Origin: Octopus bimaculoides
Lineage: Eukaryota
Reading direction: 5' to 3'
DNA: 39,442 nt
Assembly: GCF_001194135.2 (NCBI RefSeq)
Contig: NC_069002.1
Span: 13,143,637-13,183,078 of the forward strand
The position numbers and the translations under genes are program-made. The notes below the pieces were generated by a model. It made no database searches, was not told the DNA's origin, and was given only the letters and a program-made list of their open reading frames with translations. Shown here piece by piece: positions 10,505-20,768 of the stretch (position 1 is the first letter of the stretch; each line of letters begins with the position of its first letter).

Positions 10505-11047
10505 AAACTGTTGAGGGAACTTGTGGTAGAGGTAGACCCAGGAAGACATGGGACAAGGTGGGGAAGCATGATCTTCAAACTGTGGTCTCAGAGAGACCTT
10601 TGGCGATATGCTGCGCTTGAGAAGACCTGTCAAGCCAAGTGAAATCGTAGTTGTGGCTGATGCTGGTACCACATAACTGGCACCTATGCTGGTAGCATGT
10701 AAAATGACCTTTCAAGCATTGGGTTTCACGGAAGCCAAGTAGCTGAGCTCCTTTCAAGTGTTGGGCCTCACGGAGGCAATGTTCAAGACCTTTGGCATTA
10801 TGTCATGCTTGAGAAGACCCATCAAGCCAAGTAAAATCGCAATCGTGGCAGGTACTGATGTCATGCAAAAGGCACGTAAAAGCACCCATTATGCTTTCGG
10901 AGTGGTTGGTGTTAGGAAGGGCATCCAGCCGTAGAAACCATGCCAAATGAGACTGGAGTCTGGTGCAGCCTTCCAGCTTGCCAGCCCTGGTCAAACTGTC
11001 CAACCCATGCCAGCATGGACAACGGATGTTAAATGATGATGATGATG
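10505..11047 (+). mobile_element. RTE-clade LINE 3' fragment: decayed ORF C-terminus plus 3' UTR and (GAT)n tail
   Basis: Translates TVEGTCGRGRPRKTWDKVGKHDLQT, frameshift, RDLWRYAALEKTCQAK*. RGRPxxxW...DR..WR is the typical RTE ORF end. This ties the abundant GGAAGGGCATCCAGC..(GAT)n repeats to an RTE partner. Confidence 0.8.
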
Positions 11048-11148
11048 AACATAATGATGGGCAAAATACCATTAAACATTTTGCCTGGTGTAGTAACAAT
11101 TTTGCCAGCTCGCTGCCTTAAGAAATAAAAAAAAGAATAATAATAATA

Positions 11149-11322
11149 GGCGCAGGAGTGGCTGTGTGGTAAGTAGCTTGCTTACCAACCACATGGTTCC
11201 GGGCTCAGTCCCACTGCGTGGCATCTTGGGCAAGTGTCTTCTACTATAGCCTCGGGCCGACCAAAGCCTTGTGAGTGGATTTGGTAGACGGAAAACTGAA
11301 AGAAGTCCGTCGTATATGTATG

Positions 11323-11389
<67 letters not shown>

Positions 11390-11593
11390 TTGTATGTCTG
11401 TGTTTGTCCCCCCACCATCGCTTGACAACCGATGCTTGTGTGTTTACGTCCCCGTAACTTAGTAGTTCGGCACAAGAGACCAACAGAATAAGTACTAGGC
11501 TTACAAAGAATAAGTCCTGGGGTCGATTTGCTCGACTAAAGGTGGTGCTCCAGCATGGCCACAGTCAAATGACTGAAACAAGTAAAAGAGTAA
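11149..11593 (+). mobile_element. SINE family A, full length
   Basis: Head, long internal (TA)n and tail ending GTAAAAGAGTAA. Confidence 0.92.
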
Positions 11594-11969
11594 TAATTAT
11601 GAACTTACTGTATACAGTTCTCAGGTGTACTAGTACTACAGTTTATCAGTAAGGAATAAAAGAGGGAACAGAAAGTAGCAATAAGTCGTGTACAGAAAGA
11701 CAATAATGAAAGCTGAAAGTAAATGTGTTATATATGGGATAAACCACACAAAGAGAGAGAAATGAACAGGGAAAGAACCACAAAAGGGAAAGGATACATA
11801 AGCACATCAGAGGTAGTGCTGGTGAATTTCTGGGAAGCATGGAATTCTTGAAAGATGCTGTGTCCCGACAGGATTAACAGCTGATGCAGAGGAAGGGTTA
11901 ATAAAATAACGATGATGGCACAATTAAATGAGACTCCACTGCCTTCATATAGTTTTGATATCAGAGATT

Positions 11970-12010
<41 letters not shown>

Positions 12011-12737
12011 ATCCAATAGACCTGGTGGTGGTGGTGGTGGAAAGTAGAGTAGATGTAATACTGGGTCAGTAAATATGTTATGTTGTTCACTTCCTCCCTC
12101 TCTCTGTTTGTTGTTGTGAAGAAGGGGTAGGAAGAGGCTAACCCCCCCCTCCTACCATCTCTGAAGACTTCTTTCACTGTCTTATTGTGGAAGTTATATT
12201 TATCGAACACATTACAAATGATGGAGAATATGTGTGTGTGTACATGCATGGAGGAGATTAAGATGTGTGTGAATGTGAAAGTGGTGAAAAGAAAATGCAT
12301 GCACATGTATATGTGTAAGATATATATATAGATGTGTTATATGTATAAACACGTGTTTACATTTTTGAGAAAGAGATTAGGAGTGAAAGGGAGAGAGAGA
12401 GAGAGAGAGAGATTCAGTGAAAGATCATTTGTGGTTGAGTGTCTGAAGTAGTTGGTGGTGGTGGTGATGGCAGCATGCATTTGGTGTGTGAGATTGAGAG
12501 AAAGAGATATCATCAGAGAGAGAGAGAGAGAAAGGTAGGCAGGATGGAGTTGAACCAGCATCGAGCTATGATTAGATCACCAAAAAGAAGCAATGTGTTT
12601 TGTAAAAAAAAAATCAATAGATTTCCACAATTATCAATGTTGCTTCTTTATTTATCTTTTTATTTACATTATATTGAACAGTTTTTCAGCTCTCTAAACT
12701 CTGGTACACATGGAGGATAATATTAATAGAAATATTA

Positions 12738-13025
12738 ATGGTGGTGGTGGTGGTAATAGTTGTTGTAGTAGTAGTAGTAGTGGTGGTGGTGGTTGTAGTA
12801 GTAGTAGTAGTGGTGGTGGTGGTTGTAGTAGTAGTAGTAGTGGTGGTGGTGGTGGTTGTAGTAGTAGTAGTAATAGTGGTGGTTGTAGTAGTAGTGGTAG
12901 TGGTGGTGGTTGTAGTAGTAGTAGTAGTGGTGGTGGTTGTAGTAGTAGTAGTGGTGGTGGTTGTAGTAGTAGTGGTGGTGGTTGTAGTAGTAGTGGTAGT
13001 GGTGGTTGTAGTAGTAGTAATAGTG
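12738..13025. repeat. Compound trinucleotide microsatellite (GGT)n-TGT-(AGT)n with higher-order repetition
   Basis: Directly visible; the source of the poly-T/V/S/G pseudo-ORFs. Confidence 0.95.
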
Positions 13026-13910
13026 GTGGCGGTGATGGTGAGGAATAAGATGGAATTTGTAAGAGGAGACGGGGGTGTTTNNNNNNNNNNNNNNNNNNNN
13101 NNNNNNNNNNNNNNNNNNNNNNNNNNNNNNNNNNNNNNNNNNNNNNNNNNNNNNNNNNNNNNNNNNNNNNNNNNNNNNNNNNNNNNNNNNNNNNNNNNNN
13201 NNNNNNNNNNNNNNNNNNNNNNNNNNNNNNNNNNNNNNNNTGTTATTGCCTTGTCAGGGTGTGGAGTGGGGCTGTGGTAGGGGTGGGATAAAAAAAAAAG
13301 AAAAGCAAGGTCAGTAGGTAATGGTTGAAATTGAACTTGGCTCATAAAGGGATTTAAGTAAAACCTGGCAATGTGTTTTGTCCACTTCTGCTGCTATTTC
13401 ACTGCCAGCCCCCTACCCAGGGCCTTCAGTTCTGATGATGATGATGATGATAGAAATAAACAAGATATTTGATTCTTGTATGCTAGGAAAAGCAGTAATA
13501 ATTGCAACAAGAATATGAAGAGTAGGAAAAGATAAAAAGAAATGGAAGACCCTTGCCCTACCAACGAAAAAAAAAAAAAAATACATGATAATCAGACACT
13601 TTTACATTACTGCAGCTTTCTTCTATCTTCTGTTACAATCCATTTTGTCACTTCAGGCCATGGGGAGCTCAGAACAGAAGCCTTGAAGAAACATACACAA
13701 CTCTCTCTCTCTCCTTACCTCTGTTTATGTACCTCTCTCTCTCTCTCTTTGTTGCTGCGTCACTCTGTCTATTTGTCTCTCTGTCTCTCACTCTGCTGTC
13801 ACTCACGTATTCACACTGATACACATACTGCTATCATCTAGTGTGCTAAAAATAACAGCTATATCCAGCTATTAAAATTATAAATCTAAAGATAAATTTT
13901 GATTAATTCA

Positions 13911-14120
13911 TCATCATCGTCATTTGACATCCGCTTTCTTTGTTAGCACAGGTTGAACAGTTTGATGGTTTGACAAGATCCAGCAAACTGTAAGGCCATC
14001 TCAAGTTCCAGGGTCGGCTTTGGCATGATTTTGATGGCTGGATGCCCTTCCTAATGCCAACCACTCTACAGAGTGCACTGGGTGCTCTTTTTTCATGCCA
14101 CTGGCACTAGTGGAGCTGCT
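13911..14120 (-). mobile_element. RTE-type 3' end, diverged
   Basis: GGCTGGATGCCCTTCCTAATGCCAACCACT core with a (CAT)n tail. Confidence 0.75.
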
Positions 14121-14465
14121 AAGTAACTTGCAAGACAAAAAAGTGAAAGAGTGAAAAGGAAAAAAATTTGACTAAATAGGGGATTAGTGTTTAAGAGGGA
14201 GAGGAGGGTTTTTTTTTTTTTTTTTTTTGGCCAGGGTTTGAGAGGCTAAAGCATGATGGAGGGACACGTCCAGGTGTCTTACTACTGAGGTGATGCAAGG
14301 ATACCCCTCATTCTAATTCTAATGATAAAATTAATTATGAAATTTATACTGTATCTGATGGCATAAAAAACTAACAGGCATATTAGATGCACCTGAATAT
14401 CAGCAGTTCATATTCAGGAAAAAGTTTTTTTAGTTCCTTAAAGCATGTAATATTAAAAACAACCG

Positions 14466-14684
14466 AAGGCTGTGAGCTGGCAGGATTGTTACCATGCCAG
14501 GTAAAATGCTTAGTGGCATTTTGTCTGTCTTCACATTCTGAGTTCAAATTCTGCTAAGGTTGTCTTTGCCTTTCATCCTTTTGGGGTCAATAAAATAAGT
14601 ACCAGTTCAGCACTGGGGTTCGTGTAATCAATTTACTCCCCACCCTGTAATTGCTGGCCTTGTGTCAAAATGTGAAACCAATAT
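14466..14684 (+). mobile_element. SINE family D
   Basis: GAGCTGGCAGGATTGTTA...CTTTGCCTTTCATCCTTTTGGGGTCAATAAAATAAGTACCAG...GGCCTTGTG. Confidence 0.8.
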
Positions 14685-14951
14685 TTAACCCATTAACATT
14701 CAGATCACTCTGGCAAATGTAATACTCCATTATCCACATTGTTTTTTAATGCATCATGCATTACCTCATAGCTTTGTGGTTTTGAAGATGTATATTTTTA
14801 TATATATATATATATTTTTAGATGTATATTTTGTATATTTTTAGAATGATGTTGTAAGACAGGTGTGACAGGCCAGACCTGGCTGGTTTGAACATAAAAC
14901 AGGTACAATATTTGGGCTGGATATGGCCAGTTAAAATGCTAAATCTTTTAA
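14685..14951 (+). mobile_element. TTAA-CCC MITE with no nested element
   Basis: TTAACCCATTAACATTCAGA...AAATGCTAAATCTTTTAA. Confidence 0.7.
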
Positions 14952-15237
14952 AAACCTTTTATTTGCTCATCAATAATCCTAATTTTATTAATTAAATGAT
15001 GATAAATTATTATTAATTGTTTTTATGATTAAAAAAATTTTTGAGTTCCTAATTTTTAAACCTCTACCTATGACACTCATGGGTAGCACTTGTGTTTGAA
15101 AAGGGCTGCATGTGGTCTGCGGGCTGCTTATTTGACATGCCTAGCCTATGTCATGTGCAAAGATACTTTAGTACAGAAGCACTATTGACATAGTAAACTT
15201 CCTGCACTACTCGCATGCACATATATTCTTTTCTACT

Positions 15238-15412
15238 CTAGGCACAAGGCCTAGAACTTTTGGAGAGGGGGCCGGTCGATTAGATCAACCTCAGTACACA
15301 ACTGGTACTTAATGTATTGACCCTGAAAGGAAGAAAGGCAAAGTCGACCTTGGTGGAATTTGAACTCAGAATGTAAAGACAGATGGAATACTGCTAAGCA
15401 TTTTGCTTGGCA
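15238..15412 (-). mobile_element. SINE family D
   Basis: Reverse complement of the D core (AAAGGCAAAGTCGACCTTGGTGGAATTTGAACTCAG). Confidence 0.78.
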
Positions 15413-16299
15413 TAAAAAGAAAATATTTTTATCCTCTTCCTCCAAGTGAAGCAGTTTTTTTGTCATAAGACATGAATATTTAAATCTAGTTAAAGTTATT
15501 TTATATTTACATTTTGAATATATATTCTAAACATAATCAGATTTAACTTGTAAAATCAAAGCCTCTAATTTGATGGGAGACATACCAAAGGTTCCTTTGG
15601 TGCAATCGATATGTCTATCATGATTACAGAAAATGAATGGTTTGTGTCCCACACAAAGTTTTCGACCATTTTGATCAATACAGTTAATATTCGATATCTT
15701 TGATCAATATGCTTAATGTTCAATATCTTGACTATTATTTATAGTTGTATTCACTTTAAGATACGCTGTTAAAGATTTAAATATTTTATGTCATTGTTTG
15801 TTCTTTTTTCTTACCTATTATTTTCCCACCATTTGTTGATGCAGGTTTCAGTCTCTTGCAACCTCATTAGTATAGCTCATGGATAATTAATGAAATGAAG
15901 CCTAAGTTTAGGTTTTCAGAGTTCTGTATAAACCTTACGTGTGCATGCATAAATGTGCAAGCATATATGCACATGCATGCATGTAACAAATCTGAAGTAC
16001 TGTCTAATGTGTAGGTTGCTGCATGTCTTGTACAAACTCTTTGGAATTACCATGAAGTGATAAACGAGATTTTGTAAACCATGTAGACAATAACAAGAAC
16101 AATGACTATTGATGAAGTTTTTGGTTCCTCAGTTTATAACAAATCTTTCTTTCATGTTCAAAAACAATCTTATTTTCCTCAAAGACTGCAAAATAAGGTT
16201 GAAGTGAATAATTTGGTTTCACAAGAAGAGGAAAAACAAATATTGGAAAATTAAAATAGTAAAATTTACAAGTAAAAGAATAAAAGAATATATATATGA

Positions 16300-16450
16300 C
16301 ATATTTCTTTATTTCCGTCTACGAAATTTACTCACAATGGTTTAGTTGAGCCAGGGTTATAGTAGAAGAAATTTGCCAAAGGTGCTACGCAGTGAGGTTG
16401 AACCTAAAACCATGTGATTGAAAAGCAAGCTTTTTAACACACAGCTCTGC
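16300..16450 (-). mobile_element. Diverged SINE family A head
   Basis: TTTCCGTCTACGAAATTTACTCACAA...TATAGTAGAAGAAATTTGCCAAAGGTG matches the reverse complement of the A head. Confidence 0.7.
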
Positions 16451-16821
16451 TTGTGTTTTGAATGTTGAGATTTTAGTCATAGTAAAAATAAATTCTTGTA
16501 TGATTTTGTTTTTCATAAAGACTCGAGATGGCTGTGGTAAAATTTTCTGCTATGAAAAGTGAAAAATTGTAAGACTGAGCTTAGTAGAATTGTAAAATTT
16601 TGGCAGAAGGACAGTATGTGTATGTTGTAGTTTGTTAGAGGTGAAGAACTGACTAACTGCTATTGTTGCAGTGTCTGCTATAATCAGGATTCTGTCTGGG
16701 TTATTGTTGTTGTTGTTGTTGTTGTTCTCTATCGAGGGTCCCTCAGTATAGAGCTATTGGTTTCTTTGCCGATCAATAAATATTGCTTCTTGTGTTTTCT
16801 TGTATCTGTTCAAGAAAGACT

Positions 16822-16960
16822 GTAAGCTGGCAGAGCTGTTAGAGATAATGGCAGATAGAATGCCTTGTGGTGCTTGTTCTGGTGCTCTGTACTCTTGAGT
16901 TCAAATGCCACCAGGGTCAGCTTTCCTTTTCATCTTTTTAGTGGGTCGAGAAAGTACTAG
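16822..16960 (+). mobile_element. SINE family D fragment
   Basis: AAGCTGGCAGAGCTGTTAG...GAGTTCAAATGCCACCAGGGTCAGCTTTCCTTTTCATC. Confidence 0.65.
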
Positions 16961-17145
16961 TCTAGTACTGTCGTCAATTCTTCTCTCCCTCTCTCCCTCC
17001 CCATTTCTCTTTCTCTCTCTTGAAGAAATCAGATGTGTTGAGACATGGAGAAGGATGAGTTCCTCCAAGTTTTAATGTCTCCAAGACTTCATCAGGAATT
17101 GAGGGCCTAAGAAAGGTTTATGAGGTAGCCCAATTCCATCTGGAT

Positions 17146-17375
17146 CAGTGTCTCTCAACCATTTTTTGCCTATGGATCCCTTTGATTCCTGTTTTACTCT
17201 ACTGGACTTCCATAGCCATTCGATTTATTTCTTAATTAAATGTTATTAAGAATCGTATGAAAAAAATTAAAATATTTTGTGTATTGTAGAAGTATAAAGA
17301 ATTTATTGGACATAAATTTTAACAAATCTTACATGGACCCCCAGGGGCCATATGGACCCTGGTTGAGAACCACTG
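17146..17375. mobile_element. hAT/Charlie-like MITE, 230 bp
   Basis: TIRs CAGTGTCTCTCAACC and GGTTGAGAACCACTG. The 8-bp TSD ATCTGGAT/ATCTAGAT fits the NTCTAGAN target typical of Charlie-type hATs. Confidence 0.9.
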
Positions 17376-17479
17376 ATCTAGATTGTGTGGCATTAAATTT
17401 CATCATTTATAACGATAATTACTGCCAAGCAAAGTGAGAACAATCATATTTACATACGTTTTTGCATTTTATGTTTACT

Positions 17480-17812
17480 ACATTTGAAATCGGGATGGCA
17501 CCTGTGCCCAGCGTCGCCTTTCTGGCACTTGTGCCCGTGGCATATGTAAGGACATTCGAGAGAGATCGTTGCCAGTACCCCTAGACTGACTCTTGTGCGG
17601 GTGGCACATAAAATACACCATTTTGAGCGTGGCTGTTGCCAGTATCGCCTGACTGGCCTTTGTGCCGGTGGCACGTAAAAGCACCTACTACACTCTCTGA
17701 GTGGTTGGCGTTAGGAAGGGCATCCAGCTGTAGAAACTCTGCCAAATCAGATTGGAGCCTGGTGTAGCCTTCGGGTTCCACCAGTCCTCAGTCAAATCGT
17801 CCAACCCATGCT
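17480..17812 (+). mobile_element. RTE-type 3' region, young subfamily, running into the gap
   Basis: GTTGCCAGTA...GGTGGCAC(A/G)TAAAA repeat units, then GGTTGGCGTTAGGAAGGGCATCC. Confidence 0.88.
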
Positions 17813-18438
17813 NNNNNNNNNNNNNNNNNNNNNNNNNNNNNNNNNNNNNNNNNNNNNNNNNNNNNNNNNNNNNNNNNNNNNNNNNNNNNNNNNNNNNNNN
17901 NNNNNNNNNNNNNNNNNNNNNNNNNNNNNNNNNNNNNNNNNNNNNNNNNNNNNNNNNNNNNNNNNNNNNNNNNNNNNNNNNNNNNNNNNNNNNNNNNNNN
18001 NNNNNNNNNNNNNNNNNNNNNNNNNNNNNNNNNNNNNNNNNNNNNNNNNNNNNNNNNNNNNNNNNNNNNNNNNNNNNNNNNNNNNNNNNNNNNNNNNNNN
18101 NNNNNNNNNNNNNNNNNNNNNNNNNNNNNNNNNNNNNNNNNNNNNNNNNNNNNNNNNNNNNNNNNNNNNNNNNNNNNNNNNNNNNNNNNNNNNNNNNNNN
18201 NNNNNNNNNNNNNNNNNNNNNNNNNNNNNNNNNNNNNNNNNNNNNNNNNNNNNNNNNNNNNNNNNNNNNNNNNNNNNNNNNNNNNNNNNNNNNNNNNNNN
18301 NNNNNNNNNNNNNNNNNNNNNNNNNNNNNNNNNNNNNNNNNNNNNNNNNNNNNNNNNNNNNNNNNNNNNNNNNNNNNNNNNNNNNNNNNNNNNNNNNNNN
18401 NNNNNNNNNNNNNNNNNNNNNNNNNNNNNNNNNNNNNN

Positions 18439-18605
18439 CTGGTGTGTTTACGTCCCCGTAACTTAGCGGTTCGGCACAAGAGACCGATAGAATAAGTACT
18501 AGGCTTACAAAGAATAAGTCCTGGGGTCGATTTGCTTGACTAAAGGCGGTGCTCCAGCATGGCCACAGTCAAATGACTGAAACAAGTAAAAGAGTAAAAG
18601 AGTAA
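18439..18605 (+). mobile_element. SINE family A 3' half (5' part lost in the N-gap)
   Basis: Matches the tail of the 11149 copy and ends (GTAAAAGA)2GTAA. Confidence 0.9.
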
Positions 18606-18752
18606 CTGTTCCCCCGAGTGTTTTGTGATTTGTCCTCATAATGCCATTCCAACTTCTTGTTTGTTGCCTTTCCAGTAATAAAAGAAATATTCTATTAATG
18701 TCATTATTCAAGAATTGCTTTTATTGTTTTCCTTTTTTTTTCTTCTCATCAG

Positions 18753-18813
18753 GGTCGTTGAATATATCTCAATGGTATTGTTAACCCACACTGTCAAGTC
18801 CTCAAGCTACAAC
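18753..18813 (+). other. 5' leader part of the first coding exon of the USP16/45 gene; an upstream exon is implied but was not located
   Basis: A long polypyrimidine tract ending TTCTCATCAG (AG at 18751-18752) precedes the exon. The leader contains an in-frame ATG at 18772. Confidence 0.6.
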
Positions 18814-18892
18814 ATGGGTAAGAAGAATCGACTGAAATCTCACCGAGAATCAGTGGTTAATGGCTCTGAATCTTCAGAAGAAAGTTTCGTAG
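18814..18892 (+). CDS. USP16/USP45: USP16/USP45-family deubiquitinase, coding exon 1 (MGKKNRLKSHRESVVNGSESSEESFV-G)
   Basis: ATG in strong context (AACATGG). The MGKK start resembles the USP16 N-terminus. The GTAAGT donor is phase 1 and joins the next exon in frame (G|GA). Confidence 0.85.
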
Positions 18893-19150
18893 GTAAGTCA
18901 GTTCAATCATGGTTTCTACAGTAGGCCACAAACAATACACTTCACCTCGTTTATCACCATTTCATTTGTCACTGACCCAGGATAACATATGCTTAACAGT
19001 GAACCATGTTACGCTTATCACAGATATGAATCTGTGATAACATGGGTCAGCAATCAGTCAAAAAAATTTCCTTTTATTGTAAAAACATACCTCAACAACC
19101 AACCACAATACCCAGCTACCCAAAATCTTTTGTGTTTACATGACTTTTCG

Positions 19151-19247
19151 AAATCTCAAAGCTATGAGATAATGCATGATTAATTCAAAATAATGTGAAT
19201 AAACAAGCATTACATTTGACAGAGTAGTCTGAATGCTAAAGGGTTAA
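19151..19247 (-). mobile_element. TTAA MITE end fragment (a second one lies at ~19840-19911)
   Basis: Ends CTGAATGCTAAAGGGTTAA. Confidence 0.7.
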
Positions 19248-19257
19248 TGATATATAT

Positions 19258-19441
19258 TGTTGGCACTCCGTCGCTTACGACGTCGAGGGTTCCAGTCGAT
19301 CCAATCAGCGGTACAGCCTGCTCGTGAAATTAACGTGCAAGTGGCTGAGCACTCCACAGACACGTGTACCCTTAACGTAGTTCTCAGGGATATTCAGCGT
19401 GACACAGTGTGACAAGGCTGGCCCCTTTGAAATACAGGTAC
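19258..19441 (-). mobile_element. SINE family B 3' part (remainder in the gap)
   Basis: TTGGCACTCCGTCGCTTACGACGTCGAGGGTTCCAG is the reverse complement of the B tail. Confidence 0.9.
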
Positions 19442-19950
19442 NNNNNNNNNNNNNNNNNNNNNNNNNNNNNNNNNNNNNNNNNNNNNNNNNNNNNNNNNNN
19501 NNNNNNNNNNNNNNNNNNNNNNNNNNNNNNNNNNNNNNNNNNNNNNNNNNNNNNNNNNNNNNNNNNNNNNNNNNNNNNNNNNNNNNNNNNNNNNNNNNNN
19601 NNNNNNNNNNNNNNNNNNNNNNNNNNNNNNNNNNNNNNNNNNNNNNNNNNNNNNNNNNNNNNNNNNNNNNNNNNNNNNNNNNNNNNNNNNNNNNNNNNNN
19701 NNNNNNNNNNNNNNNNNNNNNNNNNNNNNNNNNNNNNNNNNNNNNNNNNNNNNNNNNNNNNNNNNNNNNNNNNNNNNNNNNNNNNNNNNNNNNNNNNNNN
19801 NNNNNNNNNNNNNNNNNNNNNNNNNNNNNNNNNNNAATGCCTGATTAGTTCCAAACAATGTGAATAAATAAGCATAACATTTGGCTGAGCAATCTGAATG
19901 CTAACGGTTACCTCCTCCCCCGGTGATAAACAAGGACAGATGTATTATAC

Positions 19951-20199
19951 TACATTATTTACATTATTTACATTTGACGTATATTTGTCCTCATCTTGTT
20001 TGTTGTTAACACAACGTTTCGGCTGATATACTTTCCAGCCTTCATCAGATGTCTTGGGGGAAATTTTGAACCTGGGTTCTCATTCCTAAGGTATTTTTTG
20101 ATGTTATTATTAATCAGGTCACTGCTTGGAATCAAACTCGGAATCTTGGGGTTAGTAGCCTGCACTCTTAACCATTATGCCATATGCCCGTGGGCATAT
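19951..20199 (-). mobile_element. SINE family H: tRNA-like Pol III head plus a hammerhead-bearing, Penelope-like 3' part
   Basis: A box TGGCATAATGG (20182-20172) and B box GAGTTTGATTCC (20139-20128). The head resembles tRNA-Ile(AAU) from memory. Hammerhead at 20053-20008; tail of AATGTAAAT repeats. Confidence 0.75.
20008..20053 (-). ncRNA. Minimal type I hammerhead ribozyme with intact core
   Basis: Minus strand reads GACAT-CTGATGA-A-GGCTGgaaagtatatCAGCC-GAAA-CG-TT-GTGTT. It has a 5-bp stem II, a loopless palindromic ACGT stem III, a GUU site (cut between 20013 and 20012) and stem I GACAT/GTGTT with two wobbles. Confidence 0.8.
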
Positions 20200-20267
20200 A
20201 ATGTAATAATGTAAATAATGTACATAATTCCTCATCTCTTAAATATAGAACTATTACATATTTTTAT

Positions 20268-20325
20268 AGTGGTTAGGGCAGCGGACTCGCACTCATATTA
20301 TCACGGTTTCGATTCCCAGACCGGC
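20268..20325 (+). mobile_element. SINE family B head fragment
   Basis: TAGTGGTTAGGGCAGCGGACTCGCA..GGTTTCGATTCCCAGACCGG. Confidence 0.75.
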
Positions 20326-20426
20326 GAGGTGTGCAAACAGTTGCTTATCATTTTTTTTTTTTTATAAGATATCCTGAAATGATGCATTTTCACTAATATC
20401 CAACCATTTTTGTTCTTTTGCTCTAG

Positions 20427-20512
20427 GACAAGGTTGTCCTCACGTAAACAAGGCTGTGAATTTTGCAGCTATGAAGAAATCATTGCTGAAGGAAAAATTT
20501 GGAATTTGCAAA
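20427..20512 (+). CDS. USP16/USP45: USP16/45 coding exon 2 (G-QGCPHVNKAVNFAAMKKSLLKEKFGICK), start of ZnF-UBP
   Basis: TTTTGCTCTAG acceptor and GTATGT donor. The C-x-H and first Cys of CxxC align with the USP16/45 zinc finger. Confidence 0.93.
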
Positions 20513-20768
20513 GTATGTAGCAAAACAAAGTTGTGTATGTTTGAGTGGAATGTTTCAGTCAAGTTTTTGATGGAAGTCTTTGTATATATATGTTTAAGTT
20601 CTGATTAGACATGTATCTGTGAAAGATATCTACATTACCTTTGTAGATGTGTGTGTGCATGTGAGCAAGTTTATATATATTTCTGTGTGTGTAAAATTGT
20701 ATCCAAATAAAGGTACATATCATGTCTGTGTAAAACTATAATTGCAATTTTTGATGTGTGTGTGTGAG

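Noticed and set aside
12686-13345. Long poly-Thr, poly-Val and Gly/Ser/Cys ORFs
   Set aside because: Translations of a trinucleotide microsatellite plus an N-gap.
15095-15142. hAT-like terminal remnant (GGGCTGCATGTGGTCTGCGGGCTGC..TTTGACATGCCT)
   Set aside because: Only one degraded end is visible, with no partner TIR or TSD.
17040-17100. Minus-strand CTGATGA-A-GTC..GAC motif resembling a hammerhead
   Set aside because: No GAAA at the right position (ATTAAAAC) and no UH site adjoining a stem I.
17688-18495. 200+ aa ORFs here and at 4019-4584, 19384-19875, 25898-26704, 27280-27684 and 34810-35640
   Set aside because: They are open only because they run through N-gaps and SINE sequence.
19968-20165. 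65-aa minus-strand ORF over the hammerhead SINE
   Set aside because: It spans a tRNA-like head and a ribozyme and has no recognisable domain.
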